Source of the DNA: a virus
Taxonomy: Duplodnaviria > Heunggongvirae > Uroviricota > Caudoviricetes
IMG/VR virus record: IMGVR_UViG_3300042569_001383
Location: 24,125 to 88,124 of that record
DNA: 64,000 nucleotides
Strand: one strand, 5' to 3'
Below the pieces are notes generated by a model. It worked only from the letters and a program-made list of their open reading frames with translations, had not been told where the DNA came from and searched no databases. This document shows, piece after piece, positions 10,053-19,502 of this stretch. Positions within the stretch are counted from its first letter, which is position 1; every line of letters starts with the position of its first letter. Made by a program: the position numbers and the translations under genes.

Positions 10053-10520
10053 TCACCATTTGCGACAAGACCAATATCGAGCTGTTGTTCTATCCTTTGC
10101 AGTCTGACACCGATGACGGGCTCTAAATGAACGTCGACGTGCTGGATTATTTTTGCGTATACGCATTGTTTTTTGACCAGCTTTTTTTGCTGAAGTGCCA
10201 CCATGACCGAAATTAACTTTAACTACATTGCCTTTGTCATTTTTAACATACACTTTGAATTTTTTCACATCACCACGAGTTGGTTTTCCTAGTTGAACTT
10301 TGCGACCTTGGTATTCCGCTTCATTAAGACCCGGTACCATTATTTCAATCATCTCTGGCTTATCTGTGGCATACGCTTCTTTAATGTATTCAATCAGACA
10401 TTGTTCACAATAGCCTTCAGCTTCTTTGATTGGAACGCAGTTAGGTACTTGTTTTCCGCCTTTATCTTTCATTCCATATTGTTGGTAATCTTTCCAACAA
10501 GCTTCGTCGATGTAATGCAT
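10053..10520 (-). CDS. hypothetical protein with a basic C-terminus
   Basis: 155 aa, Arg-rich tail. Confidence 0.35.
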   Translation of the reverse strand: MHYIDEACWKDYQQYGMKDKGGKQVPNCVPIKEAEGYCEQCLIEYIKEAYATDKPEMIEIMVPGLNEAEYQGRKVQLGKPTRGDVKKFKVYVKNDKGNVVKVNFGHGGTSAKKAGQKTMRIRKNNPARRRSFRARHRCQTAKDRTTARYWSCRKW

Positions 10521-11269
10521 TATAATTCCTGTCGTATACTTAATTTAGGGAGATATGTTCTCCACGTTGTTAATATGGTTTCTTTGTCTGCTGGTTTCAA
10601 TGCGCCGTTGTCAACCCATAAGTCCAAATAGTCGTTTACGATGCCTTTAAAAGGTTGTTTGCTTTTTTTGGCTTTTGTATATAACCCATGAATCATTGCC
10701 GGGATTTCTTTTGGAAGTAAAAAATAATGAACTGGTGCTTTTTGTCCGATTTCAATCTTTTTACGAAGTGCCTGATCTGATGCAATGTATTTTCCGGACT
10801 TCAAGTTCCAACCGCTTTGTGTGATATGTTCTATTTCATGGCGTAATACATCGCGTAAATGCGTTGCAATCTCGCTTAAAATAGTAGGGTAGTCAGCTGG
10901 ATCTATTGTGAATCTAACTTCAATTAATGGCGGGCTTTCTGCGTTTTGTTTGGTTTCATTGTAAGCATCGCCACCGTATTTAAAATCAGCCAATCCTTGT
11001 ACCCACATAACTTTGAGTTCTAAGTAGAATTCTAAAGGAATTTGTGAATTTTCAACTTCCTGGAAATATACATGTTTGAACTGGGCATCATCATTGATAT
11101 CAGGAGTATTTTCATCGGCTTTAAAATATATTTTCTGGCCGGAGAATTTGCCATCTGGGTCTGTTACGGCTGAGTAACTATCTTTAACTACTGTTAATAA
11201 TTGTCTAGACAATGCAGTTACTAAACTGTCATAACGACCTTCAATGATTAAAGATTTAAGTGATACCAT
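10520..11269 (-). CDS. hypothetical protein
   Basis: 249 aa ORF, co-directional, no motif recognised. Confidence 0.4.
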   Translation of the reverse strand: MVSLKSLIIEGRYDSLVTALSRQLLTVVKDSYSAVTDPDGKFSGQKIYFKADENTPDINDDAQFKHVYFQEVENSQIPLEFYLELKVMWVQGLADFKYGGDAYNETKQNAESPPLIEVRFTIDPADYPTILSEIATHLRDVLRHEIEHITQSGWNLKSGKYIASDQALRKKIEIGQKAPVHYFLLPKEIPAMIHGLYTKAKKSKQPFKGIVNDYLDLWVDNGALKPADKETILTTWRTYLPKLSIRQEL

Positions 11270-11280
11270 ATTAATAAATA

Positions 11281-11838
11281 TTATTCAAGTAAATTATAGT
11301 TCCAATACGTATCTTTATTTTCGTTGTATGGATTGCCTGTTTGTTGATAGTAACAATTGAGACATAGCATTTGTAAATTTTCAATGCGATGATTTGTTAC
11401 GTCTCCATCAATATGGTCCAATCTCAAAGGAACGGTGTCGTCGGTTACTCTTCTTTCTGAATAACCGCAACACGTACATTCTTCTGGCATAATTGCCAAT
11501 GCCAATAATCTATTGCGGAGTTTCCATGATGGATATTGTGGAAATTTTCCTTCAAGTATCCCGTCAATTGAATATATTCCTTTTCTTGCACTTGCAATGT
11601 TTTTAGGTATTCCAACTCCGAATTGATTTTTATGCAACTCATACAACGTTTTTCCACTATCTCGGTCCGTATACAATCTAGCATATTTTTTATATGTAGT
11701 AAACGATACTTTTAAAAATCGAGCAGCTTCGGCATTTGATTTGGTATTTTCCATGGCATATCGGATTTCGCTTTCAGGAATATCCAATGCAGTTTTACCT
11801 AATCCGTAAATGTATTTATATGGTTGCTTTTCTTCCAT
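11281..11838 (-). CDS. HNH homing endonuclease, free-standing
   Basis: HNH core LDHIDGDVTNHRIENLQMLCLNCY with flanking Cys pairs (CTCCG ... CLNC). Occupies an intergenic slot between unrelated genes. Confidence 0.75.
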   Translation of the reverse strand: MEEKQPYKYIYGLGKTALDIPESEIRYAMENTKSNAEAARFLKVSFTTYKKYARLYTDRDSGKTLYELHKNQFGVGIPKNIASARKGIYSIDGILEGKFPQYPSWKLRNRLLALAIMPEECTCCGYSERRVTDDTVPLRLDHIDGDVTNHRIENLQMLCLNCYYQQTGNPYNENKDTYWNYNLLE

Positions 11839-12224
11839 TAATATACTCCATGTTTTCTCAATTCATTTACTGCATCTTTTACTGCAGTTTTGTTGTCATA
11901 CATTTCGGATAGCAATGATTTTAATTTAACCGCACAATCATTGAAAAATGTTGGATGAACTTTGCTTTGTTTTTGTACATCAGCAATCCAATACGAGTAA
12001 GCTGGATATGTTTCATTGAATTGGTCACTAGATGTTCTGTTTGCCCAAAATTCAATTTGATCCTTGAGTGGCCACATATGAAGTGGAACTGATGCATCTT
12101 TACGAATTGCTGACTCAAATGGTTTATTGGCATTTCTTTTTGCATTTCTGCTAATAAACTTGTCCATGATGTTGATGGAACGATCTTTAGGCGACATGCC
12201 CGTGTGTGCTGACTTTTTACCCAT
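11838..12224 (-). CDS. hypothetical protein
   Basis: 128 aa ORF. Confidence 0.4.
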   Translation of the reverse strand: MGKKSAHTGMSPKDRSINIMDKFISRNAKRNANKPFESAIRKDASVPLHMWPLKDQIEFWANRTSSDQFNETYPAYSYWIADVQKQSKVHPTFFNDCAVKLKSLLSEMYDNKTAVKDAVNELRKHGVY

Positions 12225-12392
12225 TACTTTGTTTTTTCGGTTATTATAACTAATTTACGCCATGCATCTTCTGCACGGTATATGTATTTCTTAAATTGTA
12301 AAATGTCTTGAGATTTTCGCGCAATTTCAGCTTTTTTCATGTTTCGGTGATATGATGCATGATAAAAACCAATTGTAAATCTACGAAAAATA

Positions 12393-12707
12393 TTAAGTAT
12401 TCGTTTCATGTTTTTCTATAGTTACCGTTAATCTAAATTTTGTAAGCAATTCTGCCGTACTCATGCACTCATCATGCGAGTCAATGAATATTGCACAACG
12501 TTTCTTGTTGTGCGTAATCAATGCACATTGGTGTGCTTGAAATTGATTATGACCACAAACGTCTATCAAACAATCAATTACATAATCAAATGAAATTTTG
12601 TTGTCATTATGCAATATAACTGCCCATACGCCTTTTTTATTTTTCGATTTGGTCTTTGACATCTCTGATAATACTACATTGTTCATATAACTCATTTTTT
12701 TCACCAT
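12393..12707 (-). CDS. clpS: ClpS-like ATP-dependent Clp protease adaptor. The true start may be an internal ATG near 12662.
   Basis: VWAVILHNDNKISFDYVIDCL ... QAHQCALITHNKKRCAIFIDSHDECMSTAE matches the ClpS core (VILHNDDYTTMEFVI ... AVH..G.A.CGV ... E.AE). Confidence 0.65.
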   Translation of the reverse strand: MVKKMSYMNNVVLSEMSKTKSKNKKGVWAVILHNDNKISFDYVIDCLIDVCGHNQFQAHQCALITHNKKRCAIFIDSHDECMSTAELLTKFRLTVTIEKHETNT

Positions 12708-12872
12708 ACTTCAAGGCTTCAGACAAAAAATTCAATTTTCGTTCTTGGTTCCATGAATTGGGCCATTCCCAATCATTGCCGGCCATTGCATTTATCGATT
12801 CGATGAATAATTGATTAATAAAATTTTCCATTGCCATAACATATTATATAAAAAAATAAAACTAGTTCAAAG

Positions 12873-13589
12873 TTATTTTAACTTTAATTTCTGTCCGATT
12901 TGTATGGTGTCGGATTTCAATTGATTTATGCGTTTCAACGAGTCAACTGTAGTTTTATATTTTACTGCAATTGCCGATAACGTGTCACCTGGTTTAACAG
13001 CATATACATCACTCATTGCTTTTTGTTTTTGAGTATCCCACCAATTGGTAAAATAATTTGACGTTGTTTTAGGTTTATTTGGATTATACGATGCAAATTG
13101 TGCAGCATTCCAATCCATTCTGCGTTTCAACCCTGTACTACCAGCTTGATAGTCTTGGCGGTTCAAATATTCAACGCTAGCTTCTTTCCATTTGTTTGCA
13201 TTCATCAATTTTACAGTATCATATGTACGTTTAAGTTCACCACGGAAACATGCATTGATAAGTGCTTGTTGAATGTTTTCTGGCAATGTTGCGTATGCTG
13301 GTACTAGCATAATTGCTTTGTCTACCGCAACTTTTAAATCAGTAGCCAATTGTTGTGTTGCTTGTTGTTCGGTAATACCATCACGGAATTTTCCAGATTG
13401 CAATTCAGCATCTGTAATTTTGTGGCCATATGCAATGGTTGGATTTCCGCCTTCGGGACTAGTATGTGGATACCAACGTTTTGCAGATGAATTCCAACCA
13501 GATTTAATGCTGTTCTCCCAATTTTTAATCATGGAAATAAAATTGGAATTAATTGCAGCTTCTACTAACAACGTTGTTAACCGTATCAT
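12873..13589 (-). CDS. endolysin: GH24 (T4 lysozyme-like) muramidase with a C-terminal LysM domain
   Basis: EGGNPTIAYGH catalytic region and the KWKEASVEYLNRQDY segment parallel T4 lysozyme. C-terminal YAVKPGDTLSAIAVKYKTTVDSLKRINQL is a LysM. Confidence 0.85.
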   Translation of the reverse strand: MIRLTTLLVEAAINSNFISMIKNWENSIKSGWNSSAKRWYPHTSPEGGNPTIAYGHKITDAELQSGKFRDGITEQQATQQLATDLKVAVDKAIMLVPAYATLPENIQQALINACFRGELKRTYDTVKLMNANKWKEASVEYLNRQDYQAGSTGLKRRMDWNAAQFASYNPNKPKTTSNYFTNWWDTQKQKAMSDVYAVKPGDTLSAIAVKYKTTVDSLKRINQLKSDTIQIGQKLKLK

Positions 13590-13921
13590 TACTTACCTCG
13601 TTCTTCGCGTATGATTAGTTCACCCAATACTTCTAATCGGCCAACTTCACGTTGAAATTCAATTGGCGTCATACCCAATGAAATCTTTTTAAGTGTTTCA
13701 TTGAATTCTTTTTTTGCAGCTTCAATATCAAATCGACCCGCGGTTGCTCGTTTATAGTATGGAGCTTTAACTTTGAAATGATGCCAAGTTAGTAATGCCA
13801 ACCCACCTTTTTCTTCCGCTGTTGTTGCAATCTTAGCAGCGCCTTCACCTCGGGTTTCTGCAAATTCCTCAAACTTATCATTGGTTTGTTTGGATTCAAA
13901 AAGTAAATTCATTAATTTCAT
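13589..13921 (-). CDS. hypothetical protein
   Basis: 110 aa ORF. Confidence 0.35.
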   Translation of the reverse strand: MKLMNLLFESKQTNDKFEEFAETRGEGAAKIATTAEEKGGLALLTWHHFKVKAPYYKRATAGRFDIEAAKKEFNETLKKISLGMTPIEFQREVGRLEVLGELIIREERGK

Positions 13922-13933
13922 ATTAATAAATAT

Positions 13934-14572
13934 TTACTTGTTTGTTTTATCTTGTTTGAACTCCGTCATGTATGAATAATCGGTTTCATAGCCAGCTTTA
14001 CCTTCAACTGAATAAACTGTCATATCAATTTTATATCCTGGATTTTTGTCGATTCGTTTAAACGTCCATGCATTATCCATCCATATGATGCGGTTATTTG
14101 GATAAATAAAATAATTGCCGTTGTCCATTTTAAAAACATGTCCACATTTGTGTTCCGGTGTTTCTGAAAAGTTCGTATCTAATACGTTGCGATTTTCATG
14201 ACTCCAATCCAATGTATACATGTACGTGCCTTGTCTTTTGGTACCTGATATTGAAATTAAATCAGCACGTAACCCAGCCATACGTTCTCTAACTGCTACA
14301 TCGATATACGAAGAAAAACAATCCCAATAAACATGTTCCGTTAATGGCAATCGGTCTGCATCTTTACGCCAACAAAATGCATGTATTGGCCGTCTTGTCC
14401 AATTCACTCCATTTTCTAAGAAAGCTTCAAATAACGGCGATCGTTTTTGTATAGATGCAACACTATGCACATCAGCAGCAGTGTATTCGCCAATACCCGT
14501 TTCATGATTAAATAAAAATTCATTGCGAATCCAACACGTCATGGTTGGTATATTTGCGTTCAAGTAAGCCAA
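13934..14572 (-). CDS. hypothetical protein
   Basis: 212 aa ORF. Confidence 0.4.
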   Translation of the reverse strand: MAYLNANIPTMTCWIRNEFLFNHETGIGEYTAADVHSVASIQKRSPLFEAFLENGVNWTRRPIHAFCWRKDADRLPLTEHVYWDCFSSYIDVAVRERMAGLRADLISISGTKRQGTYMYTLDWSHENRNVLDTNFSETPEHKCGHVFKMDNGNYFIYPNNRIIWMDNAWTFKRIDKNPGYKIDMTVYSVEGKAGYETDYSYMTEFKQDKTNK

Positions 14573-14985
14573 TCGATTTCCTCTTTATTGTATAAACACG
14601 TTAATTCTTCTCCTGGCAATATTGTTTTGATTGTCACATACCTATCTCGTGTTAAATCGTGTTGCACGTTTGGTTGTTCGGAATGATTAATATAATATGC
14701 CATGTTAATATTATTATATGTTCTAGATAGCCAAAATCCAAATTGATTTGAATTGCATGTGCACTTTAAGTGTTGTTTAAGTGCATCATCGTGTATTACT
14801 GCATACGGTATGAATGTGGTATCTGGAGTTACATCTTCAAACAATGCGAAGCCAACAGCTATTTCCGTAAGGGCGAAAACGCCAACTCCGTCACATACGC
14901 GCGACGGAGCTAACTTTGTTTTTGCAAATTGATTGATACTATCAATAATAGTTATCATGTTATTTCTTATGTTTTGAAATTTCAA
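14560..14985 (-). CDS. SET-domain protein (putative protein lysine methyltransferase)
   Basis: GVGVFALTEIAVGFALFE (SET N-region), YINHSEQPN (NHSCxPN signature) and GEELTCLY (GEELtxxY post-SET-like motif) in a 141 aa protein. Confidence 0.55.
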   Translation of the reverse strand: MKFQNIRNNMITIIDSINQFAKTKLAPSRVCDGVGVFALTEIAVGFALFEDVTPDTTFIPYAVIHDDALKQHLKCTCNSNQFGFWLSRTYNNINMAYYINHSEQPNVQHDLTRDRYVTIKTILPGEELTCLYNKEEIDWLT

Positions 14986-15370
14986 TTGCTGCCAATTGTT
15001 TAAGTGCTGCTTTTTTCGTAGGATGAGTACCTAAAACGTGGTTTCCTTGTTTAGGTTTAACTACCCATTTTCCATCTCGATGTTCAATGCGTTCGTCTAT
15101 CATACCTTTTAAATGATTTTTAAAATCTACCGGTAAGAATTGTGGTTTTTGTGAATTGTATTCGTCTGAATCATGTCCTTCGGTGTTTGATGTTAAAAAA
15201 TGATATACTTCTTCAACATCGTCAGTTGATGTAGCAATATGATCCGCAGCCCAATCGTGTCCGTTATTTAGTAACTGATCTATGTAGTGCGGATCCATAT
15301 TCATCAACTCACCAATTGCATGATGCATCGTTTTCAAGTTTTCAAAAAACATGTAATTCTTTGGTTTCAT
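14960..15370 (-). CDS. hypothetical protein
   Basis: 136 aa ORF. Confidence 0.35.
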   Translation of the reverse strand: MKPKNYMFFENLKTMHHAIGELMNMDPHYIDQLLNNGHDWAADHIATSTDDVEEVYHFLTSNTEGHDSDEYNSQKPQFLPVDFKNHLKGMIDERIEHRDGKWVVKPKQGNHVLGTHPTKKAALKQLAAIEISKHKK

Positions 15371-15375
15371 GTTAT

Positions 15376-15546
15376 GCCTTGTTTTTAGCTACAATTGACC
15401 AAATTGCACCTGTTAATGTTACGATGCTACCAATAACTTCAGTTACAATAGTTTCATCAACCAATCCTCGCATCACAACAATACCACCGATAAAGGTTAA
15501 TGCGTGACGAACGATTCCTAATACTTGTTCTTGTGTAAGTTTCATA
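15376..15546 (-). CDS. small two-TM membrane protein (56 aa, possible holin or membrane peptide), below the ORF-track cutoff
   Basis: Manual translation MKLTQEQVLGIVRHALTFIGGIVVMRGLVDETIVTEVIGSIVTLTGAIWSIVAKNKA shows two hydrophobic segments. Preceded by promoter-like motif B at 15554-15568. Confidence 0.4.
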
Positions 15547-15553
15547 ATTTTCC

Positions 15554-15568
15554 TTTTATATAAATATC
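15554..15568 (-). promoter_or_regulatory. motif B core (cttttatataaatat) upstream of the 56 aa membrane-protein ORF
   Basis: Same 15-nt core as at 5140-5154 and 29847-29861. Confidence 0.35.
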
Positions 15569-16398
15569 TAGGCAGTATATAACCATCTAGGATTAACTTT
15601 AATTACATATTTATCAGGACGTATGGTATCTCGGTGTATTACATGTCCAATCTGCAATACCGGGCCACCTGTCACATCTGCTGGATTTACGGTTGAGTAT
15701 AGACCAATTGAACTATCTTGTACGAATACAGAATTACCAATTGCTATAGTATCATCATCTTGTATTGGAATTCCGCCTATAGGAGTACCTCCTACTCGAA
15801 ATCCTGTAATATATCCAGATAGTAATATCATTCCGTTGCTGGCGTTGCTATTCAATGCAACTCCCATTAATGGAAATTTGTTTACATCATATGATGATTG
15901 CTCTAGTTTTTTCCAATCGCCGCCGGCGTTTAAATACATCGCCGAACAAGAACTAGCAGTTGCTTGAGATGTATCGCCGGAAATAATCTCACCATATGCA
16001 AAAAACGTACTAGCTTTATCGAGTAAACCATCAATCGAGCCAGATGCATAATAATATGTAAGTGAACCTGTTATCATTACATCATCAGTTACAGTTACTG
16101 GTCCGTCAAACAGATTAGATCCACTTGTTATTAATCCATTTCTTAGAGTAACAGATCCGGTAACTATTAAAGAGCCAGTAACGGTTAATGAGCCAGTTAT
16201 TCTAGCACTACCGGTATATGGAAATCCTGCTGACACACCGCTTAATTGCGAACCATCTCCCTTAAAAGATCCGGAGAAAGAACCTGTTGCAATTATTGTA
16301 TCTGTTGATACGCCACTTAATGCATCTATAGCTCGGGTTACATGTTCTGATTGTATAGTACCACCATCCGTAATACCTGTTTTATTTATTATTGCCAT
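15568..16398 (-). CDS. Gly/Ser/Thr-rich fiber-like structural protein (putative tail fiber or collar)
   Basis: Repetitive GS(L/I)TVTGS segments typical of beta-helical fiber proteins. Confidence 0.35.
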   Translation of the reverse strand: MAIINKTGITDGGTIQSEHVTRAIDALSGVSTDTIIATGSFSGSFKGDGSQLSGVSAGFPYTGSARITGSLTVTGSLIVTGSVTLRNGLITSGSNLFDGPVTVTDDVMITGSLTYYYASGSIDGLLDKASTFFAYGEIISGDTSQATASSCSAMYLNAGGDWKKLEQSSYDVNKFPLMGVALNSNASNGMILLSGYITGFRVGGTPIGGIPIQDDDTIAIGNSVFVQDSSIGLYSTVNPADVTGGPVLQIGHVIHRDTIRPDKYVIKVNPRWLYTA

Positions 16399-16572
16399 TT
16401 ATGTTCCTTTTTTTATATATCGGCCAATTCTTTGTTTGCTCATTCATCCACTCTTGCCTATCATCACAACCGCAGTCGGTATTCAATATTTTTGCAATTT
16501 GTTTTGCAATTTGATCTAAGCCCGTTGCCGATGTTATTTGCTTAATATCATCGCCCAATCCTCGACTTGTAC

Positions 16573-17625
16573 TCATACGTTATTCCAATCCGTTAATGCA
16601 TTTCTGATTTGCATCAACAAAGTTTGTTGTTGTCCGTTCATCGGTATTTCAAATACTCGAGTTCCTGGAAATGTATATTGTTGTTCTGGATGCAATATTT
16701 TTGAGAAACCCGTATCGTCAATTCCTAATACCGGATATGCAACGCGTTGCATCGTTATGCGATTGCTAGGAATCATGGTGCAACGTCCCGGATGTTCCCA
16801 TTGACCACGTGGATCTTCTACAGCATCTGTATGTTGCATTATGGTATTCCAATCCGTTTCCGACATTATTTGTTTGCGTTTCATGTGACTTGCTAATAAA
16901 TCAACGTGCGATGTGGGTTTGGTAACATCTGCTACAGTTTCTACTGTTAATTGATTCATTGTATTTGTTTGTAACATGTTCTTTAAACGTTCTAAATAGC
17001 CGGTGTTACGTAGCTTCTTGTAAGCTAAATTTTCAATGGAATATTCACCTTCGGCTTCTAAACCGGTTTCACGCATTCTGCGTAATTGCAACAATATGGT
17101 TTGTATTTTGATATGCAATTGCGGGTCTTCTGGTTGCAATGCATCAATTGCATATTCAATTGGTTGTGCTTTTTGGTCAATTATATCATCATCAATTGTG
17201 ATTACGTCAGCCGATGGTTGTTTGATCCATTTATCATGTGCCAATGAATATTCTCCAACCGTTGAATGCAATTCTTCATTGGAATCTTGTGCATACAATT
17301 CAATAGCCATGCCTTGATATGTTAACGGATAATTTGCGTTCCACAATGATTTTTTTGCCATCATGTAATTTTTAACAAGATGTAAATTTTTATCTACGGC
17401 ACCATAATCAATTACAACATGCAAATCAATATCACTATGTTCCGTCCAATTGTAATTGGCATTGCTACCTATTAAAATTATGTCCAATATTGGTACATTG
17501 ATATCTAAAAAATCATAAAAATGTTTTGCAATCTTAACGAATTTCAATCGCAACTTTGGTTTAAGCGTAACACCATCCCAAAGCTTTGGATTCAATGTAC
17601 TTTGCGTTTCATATTCGTTTATCAT
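16573..17625 (-). CDS. nucleotidyltransferase of the Pol-beta superfamily (cGAS/DncV-like or MNT-like)
   Basis: LIGSNANYNWTEHSDIDLHVV matches the GS-x9-13-DxD NTase core, followed by a helical C-terminal region. Start is 3 nt downstream of the preceding 618 aa ORF, so probably translationally coupled. Confidence 0.5.
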   Translation of the reverse strand: MINEYETQSTLNPKLWDGVTLKPKLRLKFVKIAKHFYDFLDINVPILDIILIGSNANYNWTEHSDIDLHVVIDYGAVDKNLHLVKNYMMAKKSLWNANYPLTYQGMAIELYAQDSNEELHSTVGEYSLAHDKWIKQPSADVITIDDDIIDQKAQPIEYAIDALQPEDPQLHIKIQTILLQLRRMRETGLEAEGEYSIENLAYKKLRNTGYLERLKNMLQTNTMNQLTVETVADVTKPTSHVDLLASHMKRKQIMSETDWNTIMQHTDAVEDPRGQWEHPGRCTMIPSNRITMQRVAYPVLGIDDTGFSKILHPEQQYTFPGTRVFEIPMNGQQQTLLMQIRNALTDWNNV

Positions 17626-17627
17626 GA

Positions 17628-19484
17628 TTAAAACCAGCTTTTATTTTGTTGAATTCGTTTTTGTTTTTCTTTTTTCTGTTGTTGCAATCTAGGATCTTCG
17701 TCTGATACGATTTTAAATTTAACATTTGGATCGTATTCCTTACCGGCATTTGCTCCTAATGCATCGGCAGCTGTATTAATAGTGGCGCCGATAATCGGAA
17801 TGCTTTTAACAGTTTCAACGCCGGCTGTAACTGTTGGTGTTATCATGTCACCTGCGTACCCGCCAATATTTATTACAGATTTCAATGCTGGATAAAATAA
17901 TCCGTTAACATCATCTTTAGTTTCGATGCCAGCTGCCATTAACGCATCTTCACCTATATCACTCATTTCATTGTATATAACTGGTACGTAATTTGACCAA
18001 CGGTCTCTAGCTGTTGCAATTATTGCCGAAGTTGCATAATCGCTACCAAAATATGTTCCTAATGCATTTACTTCGTTGTTCATGAATTGTACATACATTG
18101 GATTTTTAATATCTTCTGCATTTCTAATTATCTTGTTCATCGTCGAATTATACACATCAGGTACGTTCGTTTTTAAATATTCAAGTTGTTTTTGCCTAAT
18201 TTTTGCTGGTGAAAAATTAGGTTTCCATGTAATCCAATCTTCGTATTGTTTCCAATCTTTAGCTATCTTTTCTGCTTCGGCTTTTGGCAATTTGTTTAAA
18301 TACGAACCTAAATCTTTACCAATATTTGTTAATAATTCAACTTGATTTGGACTAGTTTGCAACAATACGTTCAATTTAGCTGGATTATTCATATTTTTTG
18401 CAAATTTGAGATTCATAGCACTTTTCAACGCTTTTAATTCATTTGGACCTAATGCTGTAGTAAATGTATTTCTTAATCTACGAACTACACCACCACCGAA
18501 GAATCTTTTTAAACCGCCTAGTTGATTCAATTCTTTTCTAACTCTTAAGATGCTACCTCGTTTTCCGGCGCTAGCCGCATTATCGCTAGCTTTAAGTAAT
18601 ATGTCGTCTGCGCCGTCAGCATTTTTCTTCATAAAGTCGGCAAATTCACCTAATGCTTTATATGCGCTGTCTGGTAATGCCCATTTAGCTGATTTTCTAA
18701 ATTGATTCATGTAGTCCGCAACGTCACCCATTCCTTCGACCAACATTTCCATTTCTCTTCTGTTTAGTTTTCCTTTATTTTTAATATATAACCAAACTTC
18801 GTCAGCTGATTTTCTTCCGCGCCATGCAAGTGCTAATGCATCGCCGGCTCTTCGAAATCCTTTAAGAGCCACTTTAAGTGGTATAGCAATTGCAGATCCT
18901 ACTACTGGTATAGCACCGATTAAACTTAAAAATCCTTCGAGCCAATTTTCTCGGCCAAAAGAAATCGCAGCATTTATAATATCAGCAATATCACCAAATC
19001 CAGGAATTAGTCCCACTACATCTAACGCTAATTGCAAATAATCAACCCAAGATTCTTCGGTGTTTGTTTTGTCTTCTGCAGAAACCGGTGTCCACGTTGG
19101 TTTTCCATTTTTTAATTCAATTGCGCCTTTAATATTAGTTTTGTCTGATTTATCATATATCGTAATGCCTTTATATTTTGGGCTTTCCCCATATATGAAT
19201 TCAATTCCTTGATTAGTAGAATATGCTGTACCATTTTCGAAGAAATCCATAATATCGTCGCCAACTTGCAATTCCCATATCGCTTTTTTTCCAGCTTGTG
19301 TTGCAAATGGCAATGGATATGGTCGTGCACCAATCTTTTTTAGCTTTTCTTCATATTTAGCAAACGGACCAGACCACTTTGCGTCAGGTTCGAATCCCGG
19401 AAATTCATCGGCTTTTGATTTAACTAACGCTTCTGTTAATAGTCGCGTCATCAAAACTTTATTTTCTTGTAAATTATATTTCAT
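17628..19484 (-). CDS. hypothetical large protein (618 aa), partner of the nucleotidyltransferase
   Basis: Long ORF, Gly-rich C-terminal third, no motif recognised. Confidence 0.4.
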   Translation of the reverse strand: MKYNLQENKVLMTRLLTEALVKSKADEFPGFEPDAKWSGPFAKYEEKLKKIGARPYPLPFATQAGKKAIWELQVGDDIMDFFENGTAYSTNQGIEFIYGESPKYKGITIYDKSDKTNIKGAIELKNGKPTWTPVSAEDKTNTEESWVDYLQLALDVVGLIPGFGDIADIINAAISFGRENWLEGFLSLIGAIPVVGSAIAIPLKVALKGFRRAGDALALAWRGRKSADEVWLYIKNKGKLNRREMEMLVEGMGDVADYMNQFRKSAKWALPDSAYKALGEFADFMKKNADGADDILLKASDNAASAGKRGSILRVRKELNQLGGLKRFFGGGVVRRLRNTFTTALGPNELKALKSAMNLKFAKNMNNPAKLNVLLQTSPNQVELLTNIGKDLGSYLNKLPKAEAEKIAKDWKQYEDWITWKPNFSPAKIRQKQLEYLKTNVPDVYNSTMNKIIRNAEDIKNPMYVQFMNNEVNALGTYFGSDYATSAIIATARDRWSNYVPVIYNEMSDIGEDALMAAGIETKDDVNGLFYPALKSVINIGGYAGDMITPTVTAGVETVKSIPIIGATINTAADALGANAGKEYDPNVKFKIVSDEDPRLQQQKKEKQKRIQQNKSWF

Positions 19485-19502
19485 GGCGTTTAAATGTATT
19501 TG

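Noticed and set aside
11445-11684. 79 aa minus-strand ORF inside the HNH gene
   Set aside because: Alternative frame fully nested in a gene with clear HNH motifs.
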